From: a virus
Virus genome (UHGV): UHGV-0186015
DNA: 28,702 nucleotides
Strand: one strand, 5' to 3'
Positions 1 through 7,973 of the stretch are shown here, piece after piece. Each line of letters opens with the position of its first letter. Within the stretch, counting starts at the first letter, position 1. A program made the position numbers and the translations under genes. The notes below the pieces were generated by a model. The model made no database searches and was not told the DNA's origin. It was given only the letters and a program-made list of their open reading frames with translations.

Positions 1-158
1 TTTTGGGATCCTGATGTCAATTACAGAGATTAGCAACCATCATATTCTTTTAAACCTGAATTATATATTTTAAATATGGCATAACTAATGCAGATCTTAC
101 CAGTATTTGTATTACTAGGTGAAAGACTAATTTCTGGAAATATTACAGCAACTTTTTG

Positions 159-196
159 GGCACAGAGCATACTGTCAGATTAGAGGGCTCTGTGCC
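159..196. repeat. Perfect 10-bp inverted repeat (GGCACAGAGC / GCTCTGTGCC) with 18-nt loop in AT-rich boundary region
   Basis: Arms read directly at 159-168 and 187-196; no U-tract on either strand, so not a classical intrinsic terminator. Lies downstream of the excisionase-like gene on the minus strand. Confidence 0.5.
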
Positions 197-231
197 ATAG
201 TTGTGTCAGCTCACATCTGAGCTAATACAGA

Positions 232-426
232 TTACTCAATAACTCCAGCAAACCTGTAAATCTTGCGTGATGCCCATTTATTTGGACAGGATTTAATATC
301 AGGATCTGGAAAGTCAGACCTGTATTTCTGGCCAGTTCTCCTGTTTACGCTATTCCAGCGAAGAACAGTCGATACTGAAACGCCACAGAAATCGGCGACT
401 TGTTTAGTTGTCATTAAGTTGTTCAT
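232..426 (-). CDS. Excisionase/AlpA-like small HTH DNA-binding protein (Xis/TorI-type)
   Basis: 64-aa ORF with the motif TTKQVADFCGVSVSTVLRW typical of AlpA/Xis-family HTH proteins; start overlaps the stop of the upstream gene (ATGA), last gene of the leftward operon. Confidence 0.6.
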   Translation of the reverse strand: MNNLMTTKQVADFCGVSVSTVLRWNSVNRRTGQKYRSDFPDPDIKSCPNKWASRKIYRFAGVIE

Positions 427-1046
427 TACTTCACCTCCTGCGGCGGCTCCGGTAGCGGCATCCAGTGGGTTACTTTCGATGCTGGTTCTTCCCCATCGTC
501 AGTAACTGCCCACCATTTGTTTCTCGACCAATCGTAATACCCTTCGAAGGTATCGCACTCAGTCCAGCCGTAAGACTTCCCCCAACACCAAACATACTGT
601 TTATCGTTCGGCATTCGCTCACTACAGCTTATCCAACCATCCGGAGTTACCGGAGAGTTGCCCGACAGCTCGTTCAACTTGTAAGTCTGGCTTACAGGTT
701 TGGCACCATGAAGCATGGCGGCGCGGCAGGCGTTCCAGCCTTCATCAAAGCCGACTATGCCATTATTTAAAGACGGAAGAGCATCCGGCACCACCGACAC
801 TGGCTGAGCCATATATAGCGGCTGAACATACCAGCCCTTTGATAACCAACTGTCAGCAATGTTTTTGCTCCTGGTTATTGCCGGAATACCTAAGCCATTG
901 TCTGAATGAAGCCACGCCACCGGCTCTGCTTCCAGTGATGCCAGAGCAATTTCATAAGCAAGGCGCTCAACATTGTCTCGCACGTCTAGGCTGCCGATTC
1001 GTTCTTTGATTTCTTTAATCTGTTCCTTATCGGTGTAAGTGGTCAT
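426..1046 (-). CDS. DUF551-domain phage protein
   Basis: 206-aa ORF; Trp-rich C-terminus ending in THWMPLPEPP, the signature of DUF551 prophage proteins. Confidence 0.65.
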   Translation of the reverse strand: MTTYTDKEQIKEIKERIGSLDVRDNVERLAYEIALASLEAEPVAWLHSDNGLGIPAITRSKNIADSWLSKGWYVQPLYMAQPVSVVPDALPSLNNGIVGFDEGWNACRAAMLHGAKPVSQTYKLNELSGNSPVTPDGWISCSERMPNDKQYVWCWGKSYGWTECDTFEGYYDWSRNKWWAVTDDGEEPASKVTHWMPLPEPPQEVK

Positions 1047-1408
1047 TATGCTCCAGCCTCCGGTGCTTTTGGCATTACTGCCCAGTGAGTGATATTAATA
1101 TTTTCAAGGTCCCCGATCTGAAATGTCCACTGCCATTCTCCGGTTTCTTTTTGTCCCCAGGTGTACCAGAGAGAACGCCAGCCAATCAGCCAGCCTTCTC
1201 CATTAGCATCAAATAACAGAACACTTTCATTTGCTGGTGGCAGTTCAGCTGACACTGGTATTATTTTGTTTTCCAGTGCCGCACATTTAGCTTCTAGCGC
1301 GTCGAATTTACGTACCAGGTACTCAGCATTTGTTTCGTTCACTTTCAGATCTCGCGGTACACATTTCCCGCGAAGAAACCCTTCCATTTCGAAAACATTC
1401 ATGCGCAT
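1046..1408 (-). CDS. Small phage protein with DUF551-like C-terminus (YfdS-like by length and position)
   Basis: 120-aa ORF, C-terminal ITHWAVMP motif; translationally coupled to neighbours in the leftward operon. Confidence 0.55.
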   Translation of the reverse strand: MRMNVFEMEGFLRGKCVPRDLKVNETNAEYLVRKFDALEAKCAALENKIIPVSAELPPANESVLLFDANGEGWLIGWRSLWYTWGQKETGEWQWTFQIGDLENINITHWAVMPKAPEAGA

Positions 1409-1935
1409 TTGCGTAACTCCGATAAATCGTTAAAACGTTCCATAAACATCCCGTAGGCATGACCCGGTGCCAGTGGAATCACGTTGAACATCTCTGTTGC
1501 CGGGATGCCTTCCAGTACAGGCCAGAAAGAGCCATCATCAAGCCCGAGATCGCGGCGTTCGGTTGCCAGCATGATGAGATCGGCATATTTCACGGGTGTA
1601 CTCATAACTGGGGGTAACCCGTATTTCTCACGGATTACGGCGTCTATTTTTTCTTCCATCCGTTTATAGTCAGGAAGAAGGCGTTTCAGTGGTGCGGGAA
1701 TGTCCTGGCAATACGCTTCTGTTGCATCATGCATTAACGCTTCAAAAGCAAATTCCTGCGGCACCAGCTGGCTGCAAAGAACCGCATGTTGGGCGACGCT
1801 GTAGAAGTGCGAAAGATGACCGGCAAAGCGACAGATATTTGAAAGGGAAACCGCGATATCGTTAATATCGATGTCGTCTTTATTTATCTTGTCATAATAA
1901 AAATGCTTCCCGGAAAAAGTTTTAATAAATGACAT
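1399..1935 (-). CDS. yfdR: HD-domain phosphohydrolase (YfdR-like)
   Basis: His/Asp metal-ligand pattern (HLSHFYSVAQHAV ... MHDATEAY ... D); internal ATG at 1933-1935 preferred because GGAGA sits 5-6 nt upstream, giving 178 aa. The longer 1399..1962 ORF is the alternative. Confidence 0.65.
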   Translation of the reverse strand: MSFIKTFSGKHFYYDKINKDDIDINDIAVSLSNICRFAGHLSHFYSVAQHAVLCSQLVPQEFAFEALMHDATEAYCQDIPAPLKRLLPDYKRMEEKIDAVIREKYGLPPVMSTPVKYADLIMLATERRDLGLDDGSFWPVLEGIPATEMFNVIPLAPGHAYGMFMERFNDLSELRKCA

Positions 1936-2028
1936 TTTGTTCTCCACGTATATGCACTGCACCGCGCTGAATTCTGGTAAAAGGAAGCCCTCACCATCCG
2001 GTGATTATTGAGTTAATTACGTTTCCAT

Positions 2029-2050
2029 AAATGCCCCCGCAGGGGCATTT
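2029..2050 (-). other. Intergenic hairpin (AAATGCCCC-N4-GGGGCATTT) between the yfdQ-like and yfdR-like genes
   Basis: Perfect 9-bp stem read directly; no U-run, so a possible RNA stability or processing element rather than a terminator. Confidence 0.35.
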
Positions 2051-2062
2051 GCAGTAATGAAA

Positions 2063-2887
2063 TCAGGCGGTGAAAGTACCAATAAAGGTTTCTACTTTGC
2101 TGTCTTTGAATTTCTCAACAAGCAGATCACGAAATTCGTTAGCCATTTCTTCCTGCACCGCTTCCAGCTGAATAATGCGCAGAACCAGTACAGGACGATC
2201 GCCAGTGATAATGCTGAGGCGTAATTTAAACGGACGTTCTTTCAGACCTTCAAACGGAACGCATTTAAATTCAAATGTCACTGGCATAATGTCTTTGGTC
2301 TTCGCTTCGACAGACTCCATCAGGGAGCGTTTGCCGCTGAAGTCATTATCTTCAAAATCAGCGGTCTGGTTCGCTTCAATTGTGATTTTACGGATCGCCG
2401 CAGCCGCTTTGGTTGCCTGAATGGCGTCACCATTAGCATCAAAGCCCACAAGGTAGTCGGCCCAGTCTTCAATCCATTCTGCCAGTGACTTCTGGGAGTT
2501 ACGCTCGCCGTTAACAGACAACAGGGCAGAGAACGGTGCTGTCTTTTTCAGTTTGAGAGTGGCGGTGTTATCTGCGTGACCTGGTTCATCAATAGTACCC
2601 AGGTTAAGCACACTGACGGTTCGCATATTATCGGCATCGATAAAGCAGCGGGTGCCTTCATCTGCAAGATCTTTAGAATAACGGGTAAAGTCATCGATGC
2701 TGGCAGTGGAAAGCGCACCACGGAAACGGAAGCGATTTAAATTAAATTTTTCCAGATCATGAATGCGGAAATTCTCAGGCAATGCCACAGCATCGGCACC
2801 AATCTTACTGATAATTTCATTAACACCCTGAGCAGAAATAAGGGCATGGATTTGATTAATTGCGGTTGCGTCTAAGTTCTGAGACAT
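2063..2887 (-). CDS. yfdQ: DUF2303-family prophage protein (YfdQ-like)
   Basis: 274-aa ORF, the same length as CPS-53 YfdQ; gene order P-Q-R-S matches the CPS-53 yfd cluster. Symbol assigned from recall, not from a search. Confidence 0.65.
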   Translation of the reverse strand: MSQNLDATAINQIHALISAQGVNEIISKIGADAVALPENFRIHDLEKFNLNRFRFRGALSTASIDDFTRYSKDLADEGTRCFIDADNMRTVSVLNLGTIDEPGHADNTATLKLKKTAPFSALLSVNGERNSQKSLAEWIEDWADYLVGFDANGDAIQATKAAAAIRKITIEANQTADFEDNDFSGKRSLMESVEAKTKDIMPVTFEFKCVPFEGLKERPFKLRLSIITGDRPVLVLRIIQLEAVQEEMANEFRDLLVEKFKDSKVETFIGTFTA

Positions 2888-2952
2888 AATAAGTCCTCAC
2901 TATATAAAGATATTCAGTGATGAGATAAATAATCAGTTTATTAAAAACGATA

Positions 2953-3315
2953 TTAACGACCTGCTGCGCGGAGTTTTCCGTCAGGTTCACCGGCAAGAGT
3001 CAGTAATTGTCCCTGGTCTTCCTGCAGAATAGTCAGGCGACCACCGCGATTGACATACATCGGCGTTTCGGTGGTGTCTTCTTCGGAAATTTTCCCGCGG
3101 TTAGTCGGGCGAACATATGAGAGTTTGTGTTTGATTTTTACACGGTTCTCATCAAACGGTTCGATTTCCAGGTTGAGCGAGACCTTACCTTTGGTTTTCG
3201 TGTTCATCACACCGGAAGCGACTTCACTGAGAACAGCGCCGATTTTGGTTTCAAATACGCCGCCGTCCAGCTCCCCGATAAATGCCTGCACATCAGTACT
3301 GCGTTCGCTAGCCAT
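2953..3315 (-). CDS. Hypothetical phage protein, first gene of leftward operon (YfdP-like by length and position)
   Basis: Internal start MASERSTDV... chosen (120 aa) because AGGAG lies 7-8 nt upstream; the 182-aa N-terminal extension has a Cys/Arg-rich non-protein-like composition. Confidence 0.6.
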   Translation of the reverse strand: MASERSTDVQAFIGELDGGVFETKIGAVLSEVASGVMNTKTKGKVSLNLEIEPFDENRVKIKHKLSYVRPTNRGKISEEDTTETPMYVNRGGRLTILQEDQGQLLTLAGEPDGKLRAAGR

Positions 3316-3364
3316 TTTGCTGCTCCTCATCATATCGACCCTGCAAGGCCGATTAGTTTCTCCA

Positions 3365-3450
3365 CAAAACAGAGAAGAACACCTGCGGTGGCAGCCGCCC
3401 GGATGGATTGGGTTATGAGCCCGTCGTCCGGTGATGCTCTTCTCTGTTTT
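3365..3450 (-). repeat. 14-bp perfect inverted repeat (CAAAACAGAGAAGA ... TCTTCTCTGTTTTG) enclosing 58 nt, in the 5' leader of the leftward operon
   Basis: Arms read directly at 3365-3378 and 3437-3450; GC-rich interior; no U-tract after the stem; about 50 nt upstream of the first leftward start codon. Confidence 0.6.
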
Positions 3451-3915
3451 GTAAAAAGAGCGGTACCAGCCGGAAGCAATGGTACAAACTGATACCGCCA
3501 AGGCAGTGGCTGTTGTGGCGGGGTTGTCACTCAGGCGTATGGTCAGCCTGACAACCCGGTGTCCTCAACGGGGAAAGAGTAACCCCGCCATACTTACCGC
3601 CGCGCCATTTCGCGGATTACCACAACGCTGAGAGCACTTAGCCAGTTCGGCGCCACACTTTGTCTCGGCTCCATAAATGCTCTTATCGTTGCACCCTGGT
3701 CTCTTCCCAGGCGTCAAACCGAATCGCCACGCTGGTTAGGCGTCTTATCAGCATCATCATTGACTTGCACATTCCGGCTACCTGGTTTGTTTGCCCGAGC
3801 AAGGAGTGGATTGTCCCCTTTAACGTCTCCAGACCGCTAACGACGCATGTGCCATACGCCGTGTTACAACCAAACTTTGTTTGAATCTTGCCTGTTGCAT
3901 GTTTCTTTTTGATAC

Positions 3916-3943
3916 ATTATGTATCCCAAGGGTACATTGTCAA
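3916..3943 (-). promoter_or_regulatory. Candidate pL-type leftward early promoter with an operator-like near-palindrome in the spacer
   Basis: Minus strand reads TTGACA (3938-3943), 16-nt spacer, CATAAT (3916-3921); spacer contains ATGTATCCCAAGGGTACAT, which shares the TGTAC core with the OR palindromes. Confidence 0.45.
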
Positions 3944-3944
3944 G

Positions 3945-3970
3945 TATAAAAAAACCTGCCGAAGCAGGTT
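3945..3970 (-). terminator. Rho-independent terminator downstream of cI
   Basis: Minus strand: AACCTGC-TTCG-GCAGGTT stem followed by TTTTTATA, 13 nt after the cI stop. Confidence 0.6.
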
Positions 3971-3982
3971 CATAAATATTGA

Positions 3983-4657
3983 TTAGGTCTTTATTTTGTA
4001 TCTTCTTGGTTTTCCCGAGAAAATCACTGTACCAATTATAGAGCAATTACCGTTGATCTTAATGTAAGGTTCAGGCCAGTTTGGGTTTAATGCTTTGAGG
4101 TAACGCTGTGTTCCATCTTCTATCAACCGCTTGAAGGTGGTTTCGCCTGTATCGTGCATCAATGCAATAACGTCGTCACCGTGGCAGGCAGGGACTTCAG
4201 GATCAACAAAAATCATGTCTCCTGGGCGGTACTCATCAATCATTGAATCACCAATCACCCGCAAGATATAAGTCATTTCACCACATGGTACAGGGCAGGG
4301 ATAAGTTTCTGCTGTGCTCAAATCAACCTCAGAATAACCAACTTCTTTCCATGCTCCGGCCTGTACCCATGATATGACAGGGACTAACGTTATTTGTTTG
4401 TTAGTGATTGAAACATCAGGTTTTTTTGTGATGTTCGTTGTCTGGTGTTCTTGATCAAGCCATCCGACAGGCAGGTCGAAACATTTTTCGATGTGCCGTG
4501 CCATGCTGTCACCGATATTTTTAGTTGCACCATCTCCCATAAACCTGCTGGTCTGGGTTGGCTCGCGATCAATCATGGTGGCAAAGGAAGAATTCCCGCC
4601 AACACCATCTCTCAGTTTTCTGGCGTTAGACCGCCGGATGTCATGGACTGTTTTCAT
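3983..4657 (-). CDS. cI: CI-type prophage repressor (N-terminal HTH, C-terminal S24 LexA-like autopeptidase)
   Basis: 224 aa; GDSM (catalytic Ser) and FKRL (Lys) motifs; Ala-Gly candidate cleavage site in VQAGAW; divergent from a Cro-like gene across an operator region. Confidence 0.88.
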   Translation of the reverse strand: MKTVHDIRRSNARKLRDGVGGNSSFATMIDREPTQTSRFMGDGATKNIGDSMARHIEKCFDLPVGWLDQEHQTTNITKKPDVSITNKQITLVPVISWVQAGAWKEVGYSEVDLSTAETYPCPVPCGEMTYILRVIGDSMIDEYRPGDMIFVDPEVPACHGDDVIALMHDTGETTFKRLIEDGTQRYLKALNPNWPEPYIKINGNCSIIGTVIFSGKPRRYKIKT

Positions 4658-4747
4658 AATGAAATTAAAACCTTTGTACCGTTAAGGTACAAGTATCTTG
4701 AAGGTTCATTTTAATCATGTAATATGTACACCGGAGGTACATATTGT
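4658..4747. promoter_or_regulatory. Immunity-region operators OR with divergent pRM/pR
   Basis: Two perfect palindromes: TTGTACC-N5-GGTACAA (4674-4692) and AATATGTAC-N7-GTACATATT (4721-4745). Candidate pR: TTGAAG (4698-4703), 16 nt, TAATAT (4720-4725). Candidate pRM on minus strand: TTGTAC / TTTAAT ending ~6 nt before the cI ATG, suggesting a leaderless cI mRNA. Confidence 0.6.
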
Positions 4748-4948
4748 ATGAAAGCGTATTGGGACTCTTTAACCAAAGAACAGCAGGGCGAGTTGGCCGG
4801 AAAAGTTGGCTCAACACCAGGCTACTTACGGCTGGTTTTCAATGGTTATAAAAAAGCCAGTTTTGTGCTGGCTAAAAAAATTGAGCAATGCACGTCAGGT
4901 GCAATTACGAAATCTGACTTAAGACCGGATATCTATCCGAAAGATTAA
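4748..4948 (+). CDS. cro: Cro-like / YdaS-type small HTH regulator
   Basis: 66 aa from the ATG at 4748, with GGAGG 10 nt upstream; first rightward gene opposite cI. Confidence 0.7.
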   Translation: MKAYWDSLTKEQQGELAGKVGSTPGYLRLVFNGYKKASFVLAKKIEQCTSGAITKSDLRPDIYPKD

Positions 4949-4979
4949 CAGAACACCTTCAATTTTTAACCACAGAACG

Positions 4980-5549
4980 ATGAGGCTAACCGTGGGTAAG
5001 CATCACTGGAAAGTAGAAAAACAGCCTGAGTGGTACGTGAAAGCTGTCAGAAAAACTATCGCGGCATTGCCGGGGGGTTACGCTGAAGCTGCTGACTGGC
5101 TGGATGTAACAGAGAACGCATTATTTAACCGCCTTCGTGCCGATGGCGATCAGATTTTCCCGCTGGGATGGGCAATGGTTTTACAGCGTGCTGCTGGCAC
5201 TCACCACATTGCGGATGCAGTCGCACAGTCTGCTGGTGGGGTGTTTGTATCGCTTCCTGAAATTGAGGAAGTAGAGAACGCCGATATCAACCAACGCCTG
5301 CTGGAGGTCATTGAACAGATCGGCAGTTATTCAAAACAGATTCGTTCAGCAATTGAAGACGGGGTGGTGGAACCACACGAGCAGGCAGCAATTAACGACG
5401 AACTGTACCTGTCAATTTCGAAGCTGCAGGAGCATGCAGCACTGGTCTACAAAATCTTTTGCATTTCAGAAAGTAATGACGCCCGCGAGTGTGCAGCTCC
5501 GGGCGTCGTGGCGTCGATTGCTTCTAATTGTGGAGAAACTAACGCATGA
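4980..5549 (+). CDS. Putative CII-like / YdaT-type early regulatory protein
   Basis: 189-aa ORF immediately after cro; functional assignment is from position and a vague family resemblance only. Confidence 0.5.
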   Translation: MRLTVGKHHWKVEKQPEWYVKAVRKTIAALPGGYAEAADWLDVTENALFNRLRADGDQIFPLGWAMVLQRAAGTHHIADAVAQSAGGVFVSLPEIEEVENADINQRLLEVIEQIGSYSKQIRSAIEDGVVEPHEQAAINDELYLSISKLQEHAALVYKIFCISESNDARECAAPGVVASIASNCGETNA

Positions 5550-5884
5550 ACAGTTTAACAACACCCTACCGTCGCTCGCAACTGATTGCGCTTCCTGTAC
5601 CGGGTGGAAAAGCGAAGGTGGAGTATTGCTATGCAGTGAATGTACCAGGTGACAGGGAAATTGTAACCCACAGCTTTGCAGAGTGGGCTGTGGGTGATTT
5701 CAACCGGCAGAAGGAGACAGTCCTTTGCGACAAATTAACCGCTGGTTCAAAGATCACTACGGAGTACCCGTCAGAGTCATTCGTTGGGAGCCGGAAACAC
5801 AACGGGTTATCTACCTCCGCGAAGGCTATGAGCATGAATGCTTCAGTCCGCTCGAACAGTTTCGTCGTAAATTCAGGGAAATAG
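5546..5884 (+). CDS. Hypothetical early protein; C-terminal half probably out of frame
   Basis: ATG at 5546 overlaps the upstream stop, GGAGA upstream. First ~60 aa look protein-like; the Ser-rich tail looks like shadow translation of the overlapping frame. Confidence 0.35.
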   Translation: MNSLTTPYRRSQLIALPVPGGKAKVEYCYAVNVPGDREIVTHSFAEWAVGDFNRQKETVLCDKLTAGSKITTEYPSESFVGSRKHNGLSTSAKAMSMNASVRSNSFVVNSGK

Positions 5885-5904
5885 AGGTCGGTCATGAGCA
5901 CTAA
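5725..5904 (+). CDS. Small TTG-initiated protein, 59 aa ([59 protein letters not shown])
   Basis: AGGAG at 5712-5716, 8 nt before TTG at 5725; protein-like composition; stop overlaps the ATG of the O-like gene. Absent from the ORF track because it is just under 60 aa. Confidence 0.4.
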   Translation: MRQINRWFKDHYGVPVRVIRWEPETQRVIYLREGYEHECFSPLEQFRRKFREIEVGHEH

Positions 5905-6835
5905 ATTAACCGGCTATGTATGGGATGGTTGCGCAGCGTCAGGCATGAAATTATCCAGTGTGGCAATTATGGCCCGCCTGGCTGATTTCAGTAATGACGA
6001 AGGTGTGTGCTGGCCATCAATTGAAACCATTGCCCGCCAGATTGGCGCAGGGGTGAGTACTGTAAGAACGGCTATCGCACGGCTGGAAGCAGAAGGCTGG
6101 TTAACGCGTAAGGCGCGTCGCCAGGGTAACCGCAATGCGTCGAACGTCTATCAGCTTAACGTTGCAAAGCTTCAGGCTGCGGCACTTTCTCAACTGTCAG
6201 ATTCTGACCCGTCAAAATCTGACGCATCAAAATCTGACCCGTCAAAATTTGATGCGTCGAAATCTGGCAAAAAAGCGGGTTTTCACCCGTCAGAATCTGG
6301 CGGGGATCCGTCAGTAAAATCAAAACATGATCCGTCAGATAAAAAACCTTCTCGTCCGGACGCTTCGCAACCGGACACGCAGAAGGCTGAACAGGATTTT
6401 TTAACTCGCCATCCTGATGCGGTTGTATTCAGCCCTAAAAAGCGCCAGTGGGGAACGCAGGATGATTTGACCTGCGCACAGTGGCTCTGGAAAAAAATCA
6501 TCGCCCTGTACGAGCAGGCCGCCGAATGTGACGGCGAGGTGGTACGTCCGAAAGAACCGAACTGGACAGCCTGGGCAAATGAAATTCGCCTGATGTGTGT
6601 ACAGGACGGTCGTACCCACAAACAAATCTGCGAGATGTACAACCGTGTCAGCCGCGACCCGTTCTGGTGCCGTAACGTGCTCAGCCCGTCGAAGCTGCGG
6701 GAAAAATGGGATGAACTTTCCCTGCGCTTATCGCCGTCCGTCAGCACGTACACAGAAAAACGCGAAGACCCGTACTTCAAAGCCAGTTACGACAATGTGG
6801 ACTACAGCCAGATCCCGGCAGGATTCAGGGGGTGA
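5894..6835 (+). CDS. Replication initiator (lambda O-like), N-terminal HTH with internal iteron-encoded linker
   Basis: 313 aa; N-terminal HTH typical of phage replication initiators; middle SDSDPSKSDASKSDPSKFDASKS linker is encoded by tandem DNA repeats, as in lambda O/ori. Confidence 0.8.
   Translation: MSTKLTGYVWDGCAASGMKLSSVAIMARLADFSNDEGVCWPSIETIARQIGAGVSTVRTAIARLEAEGWLTRKARRQGNRNASNVYQLNVAKLQAAALSQLSDSDPSKSDASKSDPSKFDASKSGKKAGFHPSESGGDPSVKSKHDPSDKKPSRPDASQPDTQKAEQDFLTRHPDAVVFSPKKRQWGTQDDLTCAQWLWKKIIALYEQAAECDGEVVRPKEPNWTAWANEIRLMCVQDGRTHKQICEMYNRVSRDPFWCRNVLSPSKLREKWDELSLRLSPSVSTYTEKREDPYFKASYDNVDYSQIPAGFRG
6203..6345 (+). repeat. Candidate phage replication origin: four tandem 15-bp iterons plus three degenerate copies inside the O-like gene
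   Basis: TCTGACCCGTCAAAA / TCTGACGCATCAAAA / TCTGACCCGTCAAAA / TTTGATGCGTCGAAA at 6203-6262, then CCGTCAG-containing copies to ~6345 followed by A-rich sequence. Confidence 0.6.
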
Positions 6836-6837
6836 TC

Positions 6838-7320
6838 ATGAGTCTTTTGAATGACGTTCAGAAATTCATTGAAGCCCATCCTGGGTGTACTTCCGGAGAC
6901 ATTGCGGATGCTTTTGCAGGTTACTCACGGCAGCGCGTTCTGCAGTCAGCAAGCAAGTTACGTCAGAGTGGGCGTGTGGCTCACCGTTGTGAAGGGGATA
7001 CACGCAGACATTTCCCGCGCCAGGCTGAGATATCGCAGGAGCCGGAACCAGTTTGTGAAACCAGACCTGTGCGCAATTTCTATGTCGGCACTAACGACCC
7101 CCGGGTGATTTTGTGCCTGACCCGCCAGGCTGAAGAACTGGAGTCCAGGGGCTTATTCCGTCGAGCTGCAACGGTGTGGATGGAGGCATTCCGTGAAAGC
7201 CACTCCCAGCCAGAACGAAACAATTTTCTGGCGCATCGTGAGCGGTGCTTACGGAAAAGCAGCAAGCGCACTGCATCGGGTGAAGAGTGGTATCTGTCAG
7301 GGAATTACGTGGGGGCTTAA
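6838..7320 (+). CDS. PerC-family transcriptional activator-like protein
   Basis: ATG at 6838 with AGGGGG 7 nt upstream; motif AEELESRGLFRRAATVW resembles the conserved PerC/Pch core. Confidence 0.5.
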   Translation: MSLLNDVQKFIEAHPGCTSGDIADAFAGYSRQRVLQSASKLRQSGRVAHRCEGDTRRHFPRQAEISQEPEPVCETRPVRNFYVGTNDPRVILCLTRQAEELESRGLFRRAATVWMEAFRESHSQPERNNFLAHRERCLRKSSKRTASGEEWYLSGNYVGA

Positions 7321-7973
7321 TGAGTAATAAATATTGCCAGGCGCTGGTGGAGCTGCGGAACAAACCAGCCCATGAACTGAAGGAAGTGGGCGATCAGTGG
7401 CGCACGCCGGATAACATTTTCTGGGGAATTAACACCCTGTTTGGCCCGTTTGTCCTGGATCTGTTTACTGACGGTGATAACGCCAAATGTGCCGCGTATT
7501 ACACGGCGGAAGACAACGCGCTGGCGCATGACTGGTCAGAACGTCTTGCGGAGCTTAAAGGCGCTGCCTTTGGTAATCCCCCATACAGCCGCGCCAGTCA
7601 GCATGAGGGGCTATACATCACCGGCATGCGTTACATCATGAAGCATGCCAGTGCCATGCGTGATAAAGGCGGGCGCTATGTTTTCCTGATCAAAGCTGCC
7701 ACCAGCGAAGTGTGGTGGCCGGAAGATGCAGATCATATTGCTTTTATTCGCGGGCGTATTGGTTTTGAACTGCCTGCTTGGTTTATCCAGAAAGATGAGA
7801 AGCAGGTGCCGACAGGCGCTTTCTTCGCTGGTGCTATTGCTGTTTTCGACAAGACCTGGAAGGGACCGGCAATCAGCTACATCGGGCGCGATGAACTTGA
7901 GGCATGTGGTGAGGCGTTTCTGGCGCAGGTTCGCCAGCAGGCGGAAAAACTGGTCAGGGAGATGGCGGCATGA
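7320..7973 (+). CDS. Phage Dam-type DNA N6-adenine methyltransferase
   Basis: 217 aa from the ATG at 7320 (TAATGA overlap with upstream stop); catalytic NPPY motif in FGNPPYS. Confidence 0.75.
   Translation: MSNKYCQALVELRNKPAHELKEVGDQWRTPDNIFWGINTLFGPFVLDLFTDGDNAKCAAYYTAEDNALAHDWSERLAELKGAAFGNPPYSRASQHEGLYITGMRYIMKHASAMRDKGGRYVFLIKAATSEVWWPEDADHIAFIRGRIGFELPAWFIQKDEKQVPTGAFFAGAIAVFDKTWKGPAISYIGRDELEACGEAFLAQVRQQAEKLVREMAA

Noticed and set aside
1-231. Integrase gene expected next to the excisionase-like gene
   Set aside because: The six-frame track shows no ORF of 60 aa or more in this interval and the sequence is AT-rich; no integrase can be supported from the window.
2953-3501. Full 182-aa version of the first leftward gene including a 62-aa N-terminal extension
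   Set aside because: The extension is Cys/Arg/His-rich and overlaps the leader hairpin; an internal ATG with AGGAG upstream gives a 120-aa product, so the shorter start was preferred.
3500-3660. Possible tRNA or other small RNA gene in the GC-rich segment between cI and the leftward operon
   Set aside because: No cloverleaf-compatible acceptor/anticodon stem arrangement or conserved tRNA boxes could be recognised by eye; left as unassigned leader sequence.
3660-3884. 74-aa plus-strand ORF in the cI/pL intergenic region
   Set aside because: Non-ATG start, no RBS, hydrophobic low-complexity translation, and it runs against the leftward transcription unit; judged non-coding.
4390-4714. Small ORFs on both strands overlapping the cI gene (4390-4572 minus, 4445-4714 and 4491-4685 plus)
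   Set aside because: They overlap a repressor gene with clear HTH and S24 motifs and have no independent translation signals.
6181-6350. Short tandem repeats that could be mistaken for a CRISPR array
   Set aside because: Repeats are only ~15 bp, directly adjacent without unique spacers, and lie inside a coding gene; they fit replication-origin iterons.
6283-6780. 165-aa minus-strand ORF inside the O-like initiator gene
   Set aside because: Fully antisense to a well-supported gene, with a Ser/Arg/Cys-rich low-complexity translation and no RBS; shadow ORF.
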